From: Pseudogymnoascus verrucosus
Taxonomy: Eukaryota
Strand: one strand, 5' to 3'
Assembly: GCA_001662655.1 (NCBI GenBank)
Contig: KV460254.1
DNA: 64,000 nucleotides
The notes below the pieces were generated by a model, which searched no databases, was not told the DNA's origin, and was given only the letters and a program-made list of their open reading frames with translations. How positions within the stretch are numbered: position 1 is the stretch's first letter; each line of letters begins with the position of its first letter. This document shows positions 12,509-25,293 of the stretch, one piece after another. A program made the translations under genes and the position numbers.

Positions 12509-13966
12509 ATGTCTGCACTTCAGGCTATCAAGTACACGCGGGGCAAGTTGGAGGTGCTCGACCAGCTGAGATTGCCACATGAGTCTGTCTATGATGACGT
12601 CTCAACATGTGAACAGGCTTTCGATTGTATCAAGTCCATGCGTGTTAGAGGTATTTGAAGAATCTGCGATTGTAAATATCCATACTGATTGTATTAGGTG
12701 CACCGGCAATTGCAATTGTAGCCGCTCTTGCATTGGCAGTTGAGTTGGCGAACGCCGACCTCAGTAAGTCTCCTAGCTCCGTCTATATTCCTCTACTTAC
12801 CTGCTATAGATCAATCTTCCGTCGATGGGCAGTTGAAATATGTTCACGACAAGCTGGACTACCTTATGGGGAGTAGGCCAACTGCTGTTGACCTCTCAAA
12901 CGCCATCAGGCTCCTGAAGATGACGGTCAACGCAGCGGCAATTGCGGAAGCAGATCGCACTTCGAACAGGACTGCACAGCCAGATGCTGCCGTGATCAGG
13001 GAAGCATACATCAAAGCCGCGGAGAAGATTCTCGAGGATGACCTTCAAACAAACCTGGCTATCGGCAGGTATGGTGCCGAGTATCTCAGACGCCAGCAAC
13101 TCCCCGTCCTATCGCCCGAAAACGACGCCGACGACCTCCGCTACTTCACTACCAGCCCCCCCGGAACCCAAGGAGCTCCCGACCGTACCTACAGAAAGCT
13201 CAGCGTCCTAACCCACTGCAACACCGGCTCACTCGCCACCTCCGGCCACGGCACAGCCCTCGGTATAATCCGCAGCCTCCACAAGATGAACTACCTCGAC
13301 CACGCCTACTGCACCGAAACCCGGCCCTACAACCAAGGCGCGCGCCTCACGGCCTTTGAGCTCGTCTACGAGAAGATTCCCTCCACCCTCATCACCGACT
13401 CCATGGCCGGCGCCCTCTTCGCGCGCCTCAAGACCGAGAAGAACATCTCCGCCGTCATCGTAGGCGCCGACCGCGTCGCCCGCAACGGCGACACCGCTAA
13501 CAAGATCGGCACCTACTCCCTCGCCGTCCTCGCCAAGTTTCACGGCATAAAATTCATCGTCGCAGCTCCCACAACCAGCATCGATCTCGAGACCGTCACG
13601 GGATCCGATATCGTCATCGAGAATCGCCCGCAGAAGGAACTCACCCAGATCAGCGGTGCGGTGGTCGATAAGGAGGGGAATGTCGATGTTAGTGATACGC
13701 GCCGCGTCGCTGTCGCGCATCAGGGGATTGATGTGTGGAATCCGTCGTTTGATGTCACGCCCCATGCGTTGATTGATGCGATTATCACCGAGAAGGGGGA
13801 GGTGGTCAGGTCGGCGAATGGGACGTTTAGCTTTCAGCATATTATGCCGGCGAGGTGGAAGCAGCAGGTTGAGAAGACGGAGTCGGTTGAGGTGGCGGCG
13901 TTGTCGGGCAAGGCGTCGGTGGCGGATTCGGAGGAGGGGACGCAGTTTAAGCTGGAGCTTGTTTGA
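12509..13966 (+). CDS. MRI1: Methylthioribose-1-phosphate isomerase
   Basis: LEVLDQLRLPH, MRVR|GAPAIA, SRPTAV, LTHCNTGSLATSGHGTALG, ETRPYNQGARLT, GADRVARNGDTANKIGT, NPSFDVTP. Introns 12651-12697 and 12764-12809. Confidence 0.96.
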
Positions 13967-14374
13967 GGGTGGTGTGGTGGCTGTAGAAGGAGGTGGGATC
14001 AACTATGTGGTGTTTTGGGGTTGGGGCGGGGAGTCAGGACTTCAACATTCATGACTGATGAGGTAGAATCAGGGGTTAAATGGCGAATAGCGTATTATGC
14101 TTTAGGTGGTAGACAGATAGACTACTTAATTTCAGGATCTTCCTTGTGCGAGGTTATAAATAAAAATATTTATTGATTAATACCCACCAGCAATATCTAG
14201 CAAAGCTGACGAGCTTTCTATTCTTCAGTGCTCGTTCTAGAGCCTGGTACACAAATACACCCCTACTCAAACAACCCCCCTGAATTACAATCCAACAGTA
14301 AAATCCAGAATACGCCACTTCAACCGGAGGATCCAAACACCATGCCACGCTATGCAGAAAAACAAAAGCAACAC

Positions 14375-16352
14375 TCAATCACACCACGCCAGACTCTCCC
14401 CACTAAGAATGCTCTTCAGGATCACCGCACCCACTCCCCCCTCAACCGCCCTCTCAATCTCCTGCTCCCCCACACAACTCCCCACCCTCTTCTCATCACC
14501 ACTTCCAACCCCTCCCCCAAACCCAACCTTCCTCCCCCTCTTCGTCGGGGTATTCGCCATCACAAAACTCCCAGTCCGGCCATCCACTCCACTAACAAGC
14601 GAGAGCGTCTCCAGGCTTCCCACCACGTCGCGGAACTCCGTCGAGGTGAGAGGCTGCAGCACTGAATCCGCGCAGCAGAGGTGGCAGTACGTGTCGTAGA
14701 GTTGCTTGATAGTCGGCGCTGCGTTGGCTAGCTTGGAGGGCGTGGCCATGATGTTTGCAGCTGCGGCGCGCTTGCGGCGCTCGAGGGCGACGAGGGCGCA
14801 GAGCGCGGCTTTCTGTTGCAGGTTCAGCGTCTTGAGGCGCGTAGAGACGCCGTTAGAGAAGGCAGCTGCGGTGACTTTGTTGAGGTGTGCGATGCTTGCT
14901 CGTGGGGCGGTCTCGACGGTCAGCTTGGCGAGAGAGTCTGCTATTAAACTCGATAGATGGCGGGGGCTTTTTGCTGGAGATGGCATGGCGACGGGTGAGG
15001 AGAGATTTGGGTTCTCGGCGAGGATTTTCTTGGATGGCGAGTCGGGAATGGGGACGAGCGAGGCTTGGTGCTTGGCTTTGGTCTCGGTCTCGATGAGGTC
15101 CACGGCGCGGCGGCAGATATCAAATGCTTTTCTGAGGTCGCCAGTTTGGGCGGAGACTTTGCGGGAGCATAGCTCTATGGCCGCTGGGTGTAAGAAAGGG
15201 ATGAAGTCGGGTGTTGCGCTGCCAGCTGGGATGAGGCTTTTTAGGCGTGTGGTAATGATAGATTTGATTTGAGCAGCGGTATAGGGGAGGAAGGGAAGGA
15301 GATTGGGCTTCAGGTTGCGGGCCTTGAGGCGTGGGAGGAAGCGGTCGGTAAGATCCAGCGCGTTGGCAATGCCGACCAGGATGAGGTGGGATGAGGGCTG
15401 GAGGGCCCACTCGAAGAGCTTGTACATGCACTCCAGGTCGAGCGTGACAACATGGTCAATTTCGTCGAGTGTGATGAGATACATGGCGTTTGTCGGCTTG
15501 CGAGGTGCAAACATGCCTTGGAGAGTCTGCAGTTCCTCGCCTTCAATGACTTCGATTGGGCCGCACAGTGACTCCAGAAGGACGCAATATAGGTCCTTGG
15601 AAGATTTCATCGACATGCAGTTGACGTATGCCTTCTTGACCACTTCGTTTGCTGGTGTCTCGGCAATGACCTCGTTCACCATTGCGCTCTTGCCGGTGCC
15701 GGGAGGTCCGCTAACGTACGTGCAGCCACCGGTTGTTGTGCTGATGGAGGTATTGATGAAGCTGGAAAGCTCAAGGCGCTCCTCTTCCCGTCCAATAAGG
15801 CGGCCGGGATCGCTGCTACGCGTGAAAAGTTGACGCGCAACATTATAGATAGTTGAGGATGATCCAGATGGAGTAGATGGTGTTCGAGGAGTGCGAGGAG
15901 TTCCTGCTGTGCCCGTAACCGTGACACGGTGCCTTGGTGTAGTGGGTACCTGCTTCGAAAGTGCATCCCTATGCCGAGGGGTTTGTGGCGTCTTAACCTG
16001 GATAATCTTTGCGTTTTCATCTGCTTCAACAGACTTGACAGTGTTGAAGTGCTTTTTTATTTGCGTGGGCTGTAGGACAGCTCGCGTCGCTGCTCCATTG
16101 TGCTTGCCTGGCGACGATTTTAAGGATACATCCGAGCTGACACTGCGCGCCTTGGCCCGGGTCTGTCGCGGGGCGAATGGGTCGTCGTTCTCATCAGAGT
16201 ATATCACGGTTGCTGCTTGCCTTTTCGGACGAGGAAGTGTCGCGGGAAGAGCTATGAAGCCGGTCAGTATGTTCATTGGGGGTGGTTAACGGGTCGTTCT
16301 TACCAGCTTCGACAGAGCTTCTCGTGCGCTTGCCCAATACTGAGGAAACCAT
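14375..16352 (-). CDS. CDC6: Replication licensing AAA+ ATPase Cdc6/Cdc18
   Basis: MVSSVLGKRTR start (intron 16252-16303). Walker A GPPGTGKS, LDEID, GIANALDLTDRFLPRL, GDLRKAFDICRRA. N-terminal TP cluster. Confidence 0.94.
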
Positions 16353-16478
16353 GACTGAGGGTTGACGGCTGGTGAGAGGGAGATATTATAGAGGTGGCGG
16401 ATCGGATGTTGAGGAAGTTATGACTGAGGTGTGAAGGAAGTTGAAGATGGTGGAGGACATAAGCTCCTTCTCTGCATA

Positions 16479-16540
16479 CACGCGAAATACTGAGGTACTT
16501 GGTCTTAGCTGCGACGCGCTCGACGCGCCTGGACGCGTAA
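16479..16540. promoter_or_regulatory. MCB/SCB-like cell-cycle box cluster in the CDC6 promoter
   Basis: CACGCGAAA at 16479, then three GACGCG cores at about 10-bp spacing, the last a full ACGCGT (16533). Confidence 0.7.
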
Positions 16541-17758
16541 AGTGGTAATTGGCGTTTTAGCGCGGAACGCCAGTCGCCAGTCAGCCACCGCGAACTTCTT
16601 CACCTTGGGGATTCGCATCACGTGACTGCACTTTGTACCATCACATTGTTTACTTCGAGTCTGGTTTACTTTCTACTCCATATGTTCCGCCTCCTACATA
16701 TATTTACAGTTTACAGTATTTTCTGTTTATATATTGTCATACGCATACATACTATGTCTGCCCAGTCTTTTCACTTCTAATCTCTAAATGAACGATCCCC
16801 TTCACCTCCAGGAGTACTCAACCTCCACCCGATGCCGATAATGTGACGAGATGCATCATCCTTGCACGCACATCAGCTCCGTATTCGATAACCGCCGCAA
16901 TGGCCCCCAACCCGCACCAAGCCCACACTTCCTCGTCGATGCCCAGGCGCTTATGCTCCCAGGTGTTTCAATGCCCTATGCAGGGAGCCAGCCCTCGCCA
17001 CCCCGCGGAGCCAGTTATGCTGCCAGGTTATGGTGGACACTGCGACCCTAGGTCTTGAATTGCCTGGTGAACAACCCCTCAGTGTCGTCAGCGGCCAGCG
17101 TCGTAAGCCTTTCATACACTTCTCTATCACACTGAACTCTTTGCGCTCGCACTTGCGCCTTGGATGCGTCAATTCGACAGCTCACCATCAGGCATTTTCC
17201 CATTTTGCACATCTTCATTTAATATCAAGTTACCTAGCATTTATAGCTCTTCAATAGCGGCAAAGCGATTCAATACTACTTCAATCCTTTTGGCTGAGCA
17301 TCCGCAAGTGCTCCTATATTTTGCATTTACGCGCCGTCCTTCATGGGTGTGGCCGTGTAGCTTCAACCCCACTGGCTGAGCTGTAGCCGCCCAACCACGT
17401 CTCCAATCACCACCAAGAACTGACCCCTCCAGCCCTCAACCCTCAACTCCATGTAATGACTGTCCGCCCCCAAATCTGAACATATTTGAAAAAAGTCTAC
17501 TCTGTTTCATCTCCTGCAATCTACAAACAGTGCGCGCCTGTCATCGCTGAGCTTCCTGCCCATCTTACCTTGTCGCGGGCCTCAACTTCGGTCGCAGAAC
17601 GATTACTATACCTTCATTCTCCGTATTCCCGCATTACTCAGATACATCTCGGTCTGTTTTAGAATCGCACTGCCGCAGCTCAGTCTTTGTTTAATCGTGC
17701 GCCGTGCGTCTCTAGTGGCGCTGCTGTGAGAGCCGCAGTTCCCCGCCTTTCAGTAACA

Positions 17759-20700
17759 ATGGCCGCTCGCCAGGGACACGGAGATGACGAGCTCTACCTT
17801 GAGAGTCCAAGTGGTGGCGGAGATAGTCCAACTATTGAGCCGTTGAGAATCAGCAAGCCGCCATCTACAAGCCCGCCTCGAGCTGGCTCGGCCGGTCCGA
17901 GTCACTACAATTACCCACCACCGCAGCCTTCGAAGCACTCTTTCCCCCTACCACCGGGAGCTTCGAGCTCTGCAGCACCTCTACCATATCCGGATGATGA
18001 AGGGACGTTTCAATATCCCCGACCAGCGGAACAAAAAGTCTATCGTGCTCCATACCCAGATGACGGCCGACAGAGCCAATCCCCGCATCAATCAACCACA
18101 TCCCCGCCACTCAGAACAAACTCCAACGACCTATACGATACAACTCCGAGAATAGGGGCTAGTCCTACAGACAAGAGAGGGCCACGTTTGGCAGAGAGGC
18201 GAGGGACAGCCCCGAAACCACTCCCAGAGTCGCCGGGCCACGACGCCCCAGACAAAGAGGGACTATTCGCACGAGCACCCCAAAGGCCGGCCAACACAAT
18301 GGCGGCACAGGGACAATCATACCCACAGAATGAGGGGCTCATTGCGCCCCAGCCTACAAAGCTCGATCGCTTCGACTCGACCGCCTCCACATCTACTACA
18401 AGAGCTTCAAGAGGGTCTCCAGCCCCACCAGAGACACCAATTGTAGGCCCAGGAGAGGCCGGTGGGAGTATTGAGGAGCGCTACGCCGCTGCAGGAATCT
18501 CTGGCACTGCTACTCTAAGCAGCCTCCAAGCTCAGAACGCTGCGGCGGCACAGCGTCGAAACCAATATGCGCCTCCGCCAGTGCCTCAGATGCCCATGTC
18601 GCCAGCATTCTCTCCAGCTCCGCAGCAGCCACAGCAACCTCAGCCACCCATGTCTCCAGCATTTTCTCCGGCTCCGCAGCAAAATCAAGCTCCGGCCCGT
18701 CCCTGGACACCGACGGAGTTACCAGCAGACCAATCTCACGGTGCGCCAACGGTATACCAGGGCGCAAACCAAGTCTCATCGCCGCCTCGTCCAGAGCAAG
18801 CTCGACAGGATTCTGGTGGCCGCGCATCTAAACCACCAAATGCGCTGGAGCAAGATTTCCAGCGAATGCATATGTCTGCTTCACCACCCCCGGCTTACTC
18901 TAGTGTCAGTCACGGAGGGCCGTCAAATGGCACTACAGCCCAAGGATATCCCAATGAAAAGGCTGGTGCAGCTGGTGCGGGGGCTGTTGCGGCGGCTGTT
19001 GCAGGAGCTGCTGCAGCCGCAACGGTGGCAGCAGCAGCAGCACCGAAAAAGACTGACTATGCTCAGCCGTTGGCATCTCCTGCTTTGCAGCACCCAGGAC
19101 ACCCAGCATTTGCAAATGATCCGAGACAAGAACAAAATACCCCAGTTCAGCAATTCGCGAACCCTGCGCCATTCACGGGCACAATAGGCCCAGCCTCTCC
19201 GCCTCCGATGCCTGAGGGATGGATTGCTCATCTGGACCAGAATTCTGGCCAGTACTACTATATCCACCTCGCAACTCAAGCTACGCAGTGGGAGTTCCCC
19301 AAGGGACCAACTCCTCTGAATCACGATGTCGCACCACTGTCTCCAACAGCCTCGACATATGGAAACCCGCTGATGTCACCAGGGCTCATGTCACCAGGCC
19401 TTAGCCAATTTGGAAAACAGCCATTGGGATCGCCTGGTCTGTTCCCGCCGCAGACACCAGGGTATGCGGAGAGCATAATGAGCAGCATGTCTCAGGCAAC
19501 GACTGCTGGGGGGTTCAGCGGTCCACCTCCAAGTGCTGGTGTTGATATGTATAAGATTGCGCCGACGAATGGTGTATATTTCGGTCCTTACCTGAAATAC
19601 ATCAATATGGATATTGAAAGGGGGATATGGCTCGGATCTATCATGCTTGTTACCGACGGCCCGCAGCCACCAACGATCCATATTCACCAGAGTAATGATT
19701 TGTCTCCCAACCCCAGGCAGCTAAAGGCAAATTCGATATATACGCATCAGCGATGGGTTTTTTACCGATATGATGTTGATCTCCAGATGGGCGACGGGCC
19801 TGGAGACAAATGGACATATGCGATCACGTCGCACCTTGGATGCACGCGCTATGAGTTCCTCGTCGCCGGCCGCTACGAAACTAACTGGCGGTTCATCGCT
19901 CATTCTGGCAACGATTTTGCCATGAACACCAATGCAAACGAGCGCAGTCGCCTTGGAGGAATCGGGTTCATGTGGAAGGATATCTTACAGAAAAATGTGG
20001 AAACCGGCGGCTTCCATGTACAACTTGGTCTCGGTGATCAGATATACGGCGACAGATTATGGAAGGAGGTTCCGTTACTAAAGCAGTGGCTTGGTCTGCC
20101 TGGAAAGGAAGCTCGCAAGAACACTCCGTGGACAGCAAAGCACGAAGAAGATGTCTCGCATTCCTACTTCCACTATTATACTAGCCACTTTGACCAGCCA
20201 TACCTGAGGGAAGCATTCGCCCAGATCCCGCATGTCCTAAGCATTGACGACCACGACATGTAAGTTTCTAGTCCCTCTTGCTTATTGCACACCTAACATT
20301 CCTAGTTTCGATGGCTTCGGCTCCTATCCTGAGTACATGCAGGGCTCTCATATGTTTAAGAACATCGGCCGCATTGGCATTGAGATGTACCTCCTCTTCC
20401 AGCACCACACAACCCTCGAGCTCCTGCGTAATGTCAATGACGATATTGATCTGTTTACTATTACTGGCAGCGGTTGGCACTTTGTCAAATACCTTGGCCC
20501 AGCCGTCGTCGTTATTGGGCCTGACGGCCGATCAGAGCGTACCCAGCAGCAGGTGATGGCAGGACCAACATACCAAGGGATCTTTCCAAAGGTAGCAACG
20601 CTGCCTCCGTCAGTCCAGCATTGTATCTGGATGGTCCCGGTGCCGATAGTGTACCCGCGCCTCGAAACAATGGAATCCCTTGCCAACACCGTCGCAACGG

Positions 20701-21512
20701 GAAAGAAAGCCGTGAACACCACCTACAATCTGTTGGGTAAGGTGACGAGCAGCGTTGCGGGTGTCGTGGGCGGCAAGGAAATCGTTTCAAGCGGGTTCTC
20801 GCAAGTCAAGAAGGCTGTTGGAAAGTCTGGCCTTATGGGCGGCGTACTAAACAGCTTTGGCGATATGGATATCACCGAGGAGCTGCGCGACATGTGGACG
20901 CACGACTCCAAGGATCTAGAGCGAACATACCTGATCCGCACGCTGCAAGGTATCGCACAACAGAAAGGCATCCGGATGACCTTTCTCTCTGGCGGTATGA
21001 TCTCCCCCCATCCCATCTTTAACTCCATACTAACTCACCCAGACGTCAACTGCTGCGGCGCCGGCCTCCTCCACGACCCCAGCCACCCCAACGATCACAA
21101 AACAATGTACCAAGTAATTTCCTCCTCCATCGTCGCCGCTCCACCCGCAAACTACGTCCTCAAGATGCTGCACAACACCAAAGCGCTCTACGTCCCCGCC
21201 AACGGCCGCCGCTCCAACCACGCCGTCAGCGACACCAAGGAGGACATGATGGAGATCTTCCAGTCCGAGGTTAGCGGTGCGGCGCGCGAGCTCAAGCGCC
21301 TCATGGGTCGCCGCAACTACGTCGCGTTCGTGGCGTATGACCCGCATGATCTGAATATGGGGATGAGTCAGGCGGGGAGTGTGCACTCGGGCGGGCAGGG
21401 ACTGAGTAAGTTGAGCTTGGCGGTGGATTATGTGGTGCAGGGTGATGGGGCATTTAATGCGCCGACGAAGTATGGGCCGGTCATTATTCCGAGCTTGGAG
21501 TTTGGACGCTGA
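17759..21512 (+). CDS. Pro-rich N-terminus + WW domain + PhoD-like metallophosphatase domain protein
   Basis: WW: MPEGWIAHLDQNSGQYYYIHLATQATQWEFP. PhoD-like motifs GDQIYGD, DDHD|IFDG, FLSG|DVN. Introns at about 20260-20306 and 20995-21042. Confidence 0.82.
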
Positions 21513-21804
21513 GGGGGGAGGGGTGTGGGATAGATGGGGAAAGGGGGGGTTGATGTTGGGATGTGCGGCATTTGCGGTGTTTGTCATTTAGCGTTGATAG
21601 CCTTTTCTATATCTCTGTCATCTTATTTATATCTATCTATCTACTATTTTTGAGACAACTCTCATAGTTCTTTTTGCCCTCATAACTCCTCGAGTTATGC
21701 TCATCCCGAGAGTTTTCCAATTATCATTGTCCCGTCATGTCCTCGCCCCCTTTTCCACCCAACCTATTTATCCTATTAAGCTAAAGCATACTCCCCCGCT
21801 GAAG

Positions 21805-22725
21805 TCACAAATCAAAGAGCTCCTTGACCTGCTTGAAGCAGTCATCGGGGTCAGTGACGCTGTGTCCGATCGTGCGTGGGTCCTCGTAGATCTCGTAGTC
21901 GTTTCCGCCCTTGTACGTCTTGTCGCCAAAGAAGTGGATGGTGGTGTACTCGATGCCATCGGGCTTCTTGGCATCGGCCTCGAGGTGCCCAAGGCAGTAG
22001 GTCTTGTCCCAGCCGGTGGGGAAGACATCGAACGAGATTTGGCCGCCAATCGAGTAGCTGTTTTGCAGTTGTTAGTGTTTGGTCGTCCAAAGCGCAACTT
22101 GAGACGGGCTTACGTCAAGTCAATATCCGCAAACTTCTCGCGCAGGACGTTCACAAACGTCTCGCGAATCTTATTCTTCAGATCATACTTCTGGTACTCA
22201 TTCCTCTCCTCCGTACTCGCATTACGCCCAATAGGGCTAACATTGATCATCCCATTCCTGAACTCGACAAACGTGCCCCTCTTAATCGGAATATCCAGAT
22301 CCGCGATATAATGCAAGATGAACTTGACCAGCTCCTTATACCTATCCTCGCCGATCCAATTGATGAAGCTCTGGCTCGGCAGCAGCGAGCCCAGCTTGTA
22401 CGCCGTCAACCCGTTCTCGGGGAAGCAGAAGTCGAAGCGCGTTGTGACGCTCAGAGATGCAGTGCCGAGCTGCTCTTGCTGCTTCACGAAGTCGGAGCCG
22501 CCGACGTAGCCGATGGCGACTTTTTGGCGCAGGTCGGCGAGCATTTGGATCATCTCGGGGGTGCCGGCCTGGAGGGGGGTTAGTTGGGGGGTATTGGGGG
22601 CGGTTGGCGGTGAGGGGGGGGCTTACTGCGCGCGCGGGGGTGAGGGTGTTGTCGACATCGAAGAGGACGATTGTGTTCTTGATGGGGCGCTCGTTGAGCG
22701 GGGGGTAGGTGACTGGTTCGGCCAT
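21805..22725 (-). CDS. SEC53: Phosphomannomutase
   Basis: HAD motif [65 protein letters not shown]. Two introns. Confidence 0.96.
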
Positions 22726-23276
22726 TTTGAGGGTTTGGAGGGGGTATCGAGGGTAGGAAGGGAGTAATTGTTTGGGGGGAGGTAATGGGAGACTGGGAGA
22801 GTATAAACGTGGAGGTGTCCCCTCTCCAAGAAGGCGGTATAGGTGGGGGGGAACTATTTCGGGAGCTAAGAGAGGGGTGGTTCGTTCGATAGCCAGTCTA
22901 TCTGCCCAGCTTAAGCGAGCGTGGATGAGGGGTAATTTGGGCGACAAATACGACTGCAAACAGTCAGGGGCTGGGATTTATTTTACTTGGGGATAGGGTA
23001 CTTGTTTCTGAGCTATTCGAGTATAAGAATTATTATAAATTTATGGTGACGATATGTGTATATTTTTGTTGTCAAGACGGCAATGTATTATCAATTTTTT
23101 TCATTTCTTTAATAACATCATCTAGCCCTGATTGTGGCCAAATCGCAAGGACAAACTCCTCTTTTTATATGCTATGCACGCATATCCATAAATCCCTATG
23201 ACACCCATAGAAAAATCATGAAAGATCACGTCTTCAGCACCATCACAGTCATCACGTCCGTAATATATATCGTCGT

Positions 23277-24940
23277 CTAAGAGGATGCAGTTGGCTCAAG
23301 AGTTACACCGCTACGTCATTGTCAGTACATGTCGTTATGGATAGGGGATTATGTGACTTACGCAGCAATGGTGGCCCATCCGATCAGACGCCAATGCTTC
23401 TCAATACGTCTCGACAGGGCGACCTTCTCTCCGGTGTTTGTGCACGCAGGGCTGGTAAGGACCAACTTCGCGGCATCCTGGCGAACAGCGACAACCTTGG
23501 CACCAGTGGCGGTAGATCCAATGTTGACCATGAGAACCTCGTTCTTTGCCAACTTGGCGACCTTGGCCTGCTTTCCATCTGCGGTCTTAACACCGAGGAG
23601 ACGGCGGAGTAAGTAGTAGTTGACCTCAATCTCGGTGTAAATATCCGGAAGTCTGCCCTTGAGACCCAGCACGAAACCAACCAGACGATCGGCACGGCAC
23701 AGGGTAGGATCGATGCGAGTACCGACACCAATAAGTCCACCAGGAACGGCGTACTTGAGCTCGTTGTTTTCGGAGTTGAGGGTGACGATTCTGCTGAAGA
23801 TAGGAGTGCACTGGATAGCTCCCTTATCATCTCTTGTGACGATTCCGGGACGGATCTCAATCTCGTCACCGAGCTTGATAACACCGTGCAGAATGGATCC
23901 ACCAGCAACACCACCCTTGAGCTCGTCAATCTCGGCACCAGGCTTGTTGACATCGAAAGATCGGATAATGATCATCTGAGGATCCTGGGAGAAGTCACGA
24001 GGTGGGACTGGGATTGTGGAGACGATCGCCTCGTTGATCGCATCGATGTTGAACTTAAGTTGGGCGGAGATGGGGATAATTGGCGAGCGGTCAGCAACGG
24101 TTCCACGGATGAACTTCAGGATCGACTGGTAATGTTGCAGGGCGCCGTCCTCTCTCATTAAATCGACCTTATTTTGGAGGATAATAATCTTGTCAAGCTT
24201 CATAATCTCGATGGCGGCCAAATGCTCAGACGTTTGCGGTTGAGGGCAGGTTTCGTTTCCTGCAATAAGAAGGAGAGCTGCGTCCATGACAGCGGCTCCT
24301 GACAACATAGTGCTCATGAGAATATCGTGACCAGGGCAATCGACGAAACTACATATGTTAGCTGTTTTCCCGGCTTAAAGTGTGCGTGGCAAACTCACGA
24401 GACGTGTCTGAGCAACCTGTACGTGCCTGGGCATCCTTCCCTCTCGCAAGGGGGGTCCACCTCCTTCTCACTCTTGTAACTCCTGAAGCATCCTGGTCTC
24501 GGGCAGTCCTCAAAGTCGCACTTGTAGATCTTAGCATTCGCGTAACCGAGCTTGATGGTAATGTTGCGCTCCAGCTCGTTCTTGAAGCGGACAGTCTGGA
24601 CACCAGAAATAGCCTTCACGACAGTGGACTTTCCGTGAGCGACGTGGCCGATGGTTCCAATATTGATCGTAGCCTGGCGGGCAATAATCTCTGGGGTCAG
24701 AGGGGTGAGGGCCTTGACATCTAGGTCTTTTGGCTCGGTCTGCGGTGGGAGGGTCGGGCGCACAACTACTGGTGCTTGGTCCTTTGCTGCTGTGGGCTTC
24801 TTGAGGCTCGACTTTAACGGCATATCGGGGATGTTATCATTGTCTTCCACATCATTCGTAGCCTCTAGGTTCGGGGAACCCTGCTCGGAGCCCGAGTCGG
24901 ACTCCATGTCATTTCCAAACTTGTCGCCTTGGGTCGCCAT
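23277..24940 (-). CDS. GCD11: Translation initiation factor eIF2 gamma subunit
   Basis: [59 protein letters not shown]. Two introns; last exon [10 protein letters not shown]. Confidence 0.97.
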
Positions 24941-25293
24941 GATTGCGCTCCGCTAAGGTTTTCGCGGTTTCTTCGATGAGGTACCGTGAGTGGTGCTGTA
25001 GACGCGTTTCTAGGTGATCTGGGGGTGTATGTTCAATATCCTTCGTCGATATATGAACAAGGTAGTTGTTTCGTGGCGTCAGATGGAGATTCGATTTAGC
25101 AACGAGCCTCAGAGAATTGTATAAAGTTTCCCACCACGGTGACTCTTCTTGGTGGGGTGAACTAGCCGAATGTATCTCGCAATGAGCACGTGACTGGACA
25201 ACGGGTAACGTCGCTGATGGCCCTCCGAAAGATCAATCCAACAATACACATCCCACCTTCATTTATTTTCTTTTATTCAAGCTTGATTTAAAT

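Noticed and set aside
12728..12810. Apparent frameshift or pseudogene at the MRI1 5' end
   Set aside because: Two canonical introns restore a continuous reading frame.
16843..17379. Several short ORFs upstream of the WW-PhoD gene
   Set aside because: No motifs or convincing gene structure; cannot be distinguished from chance.
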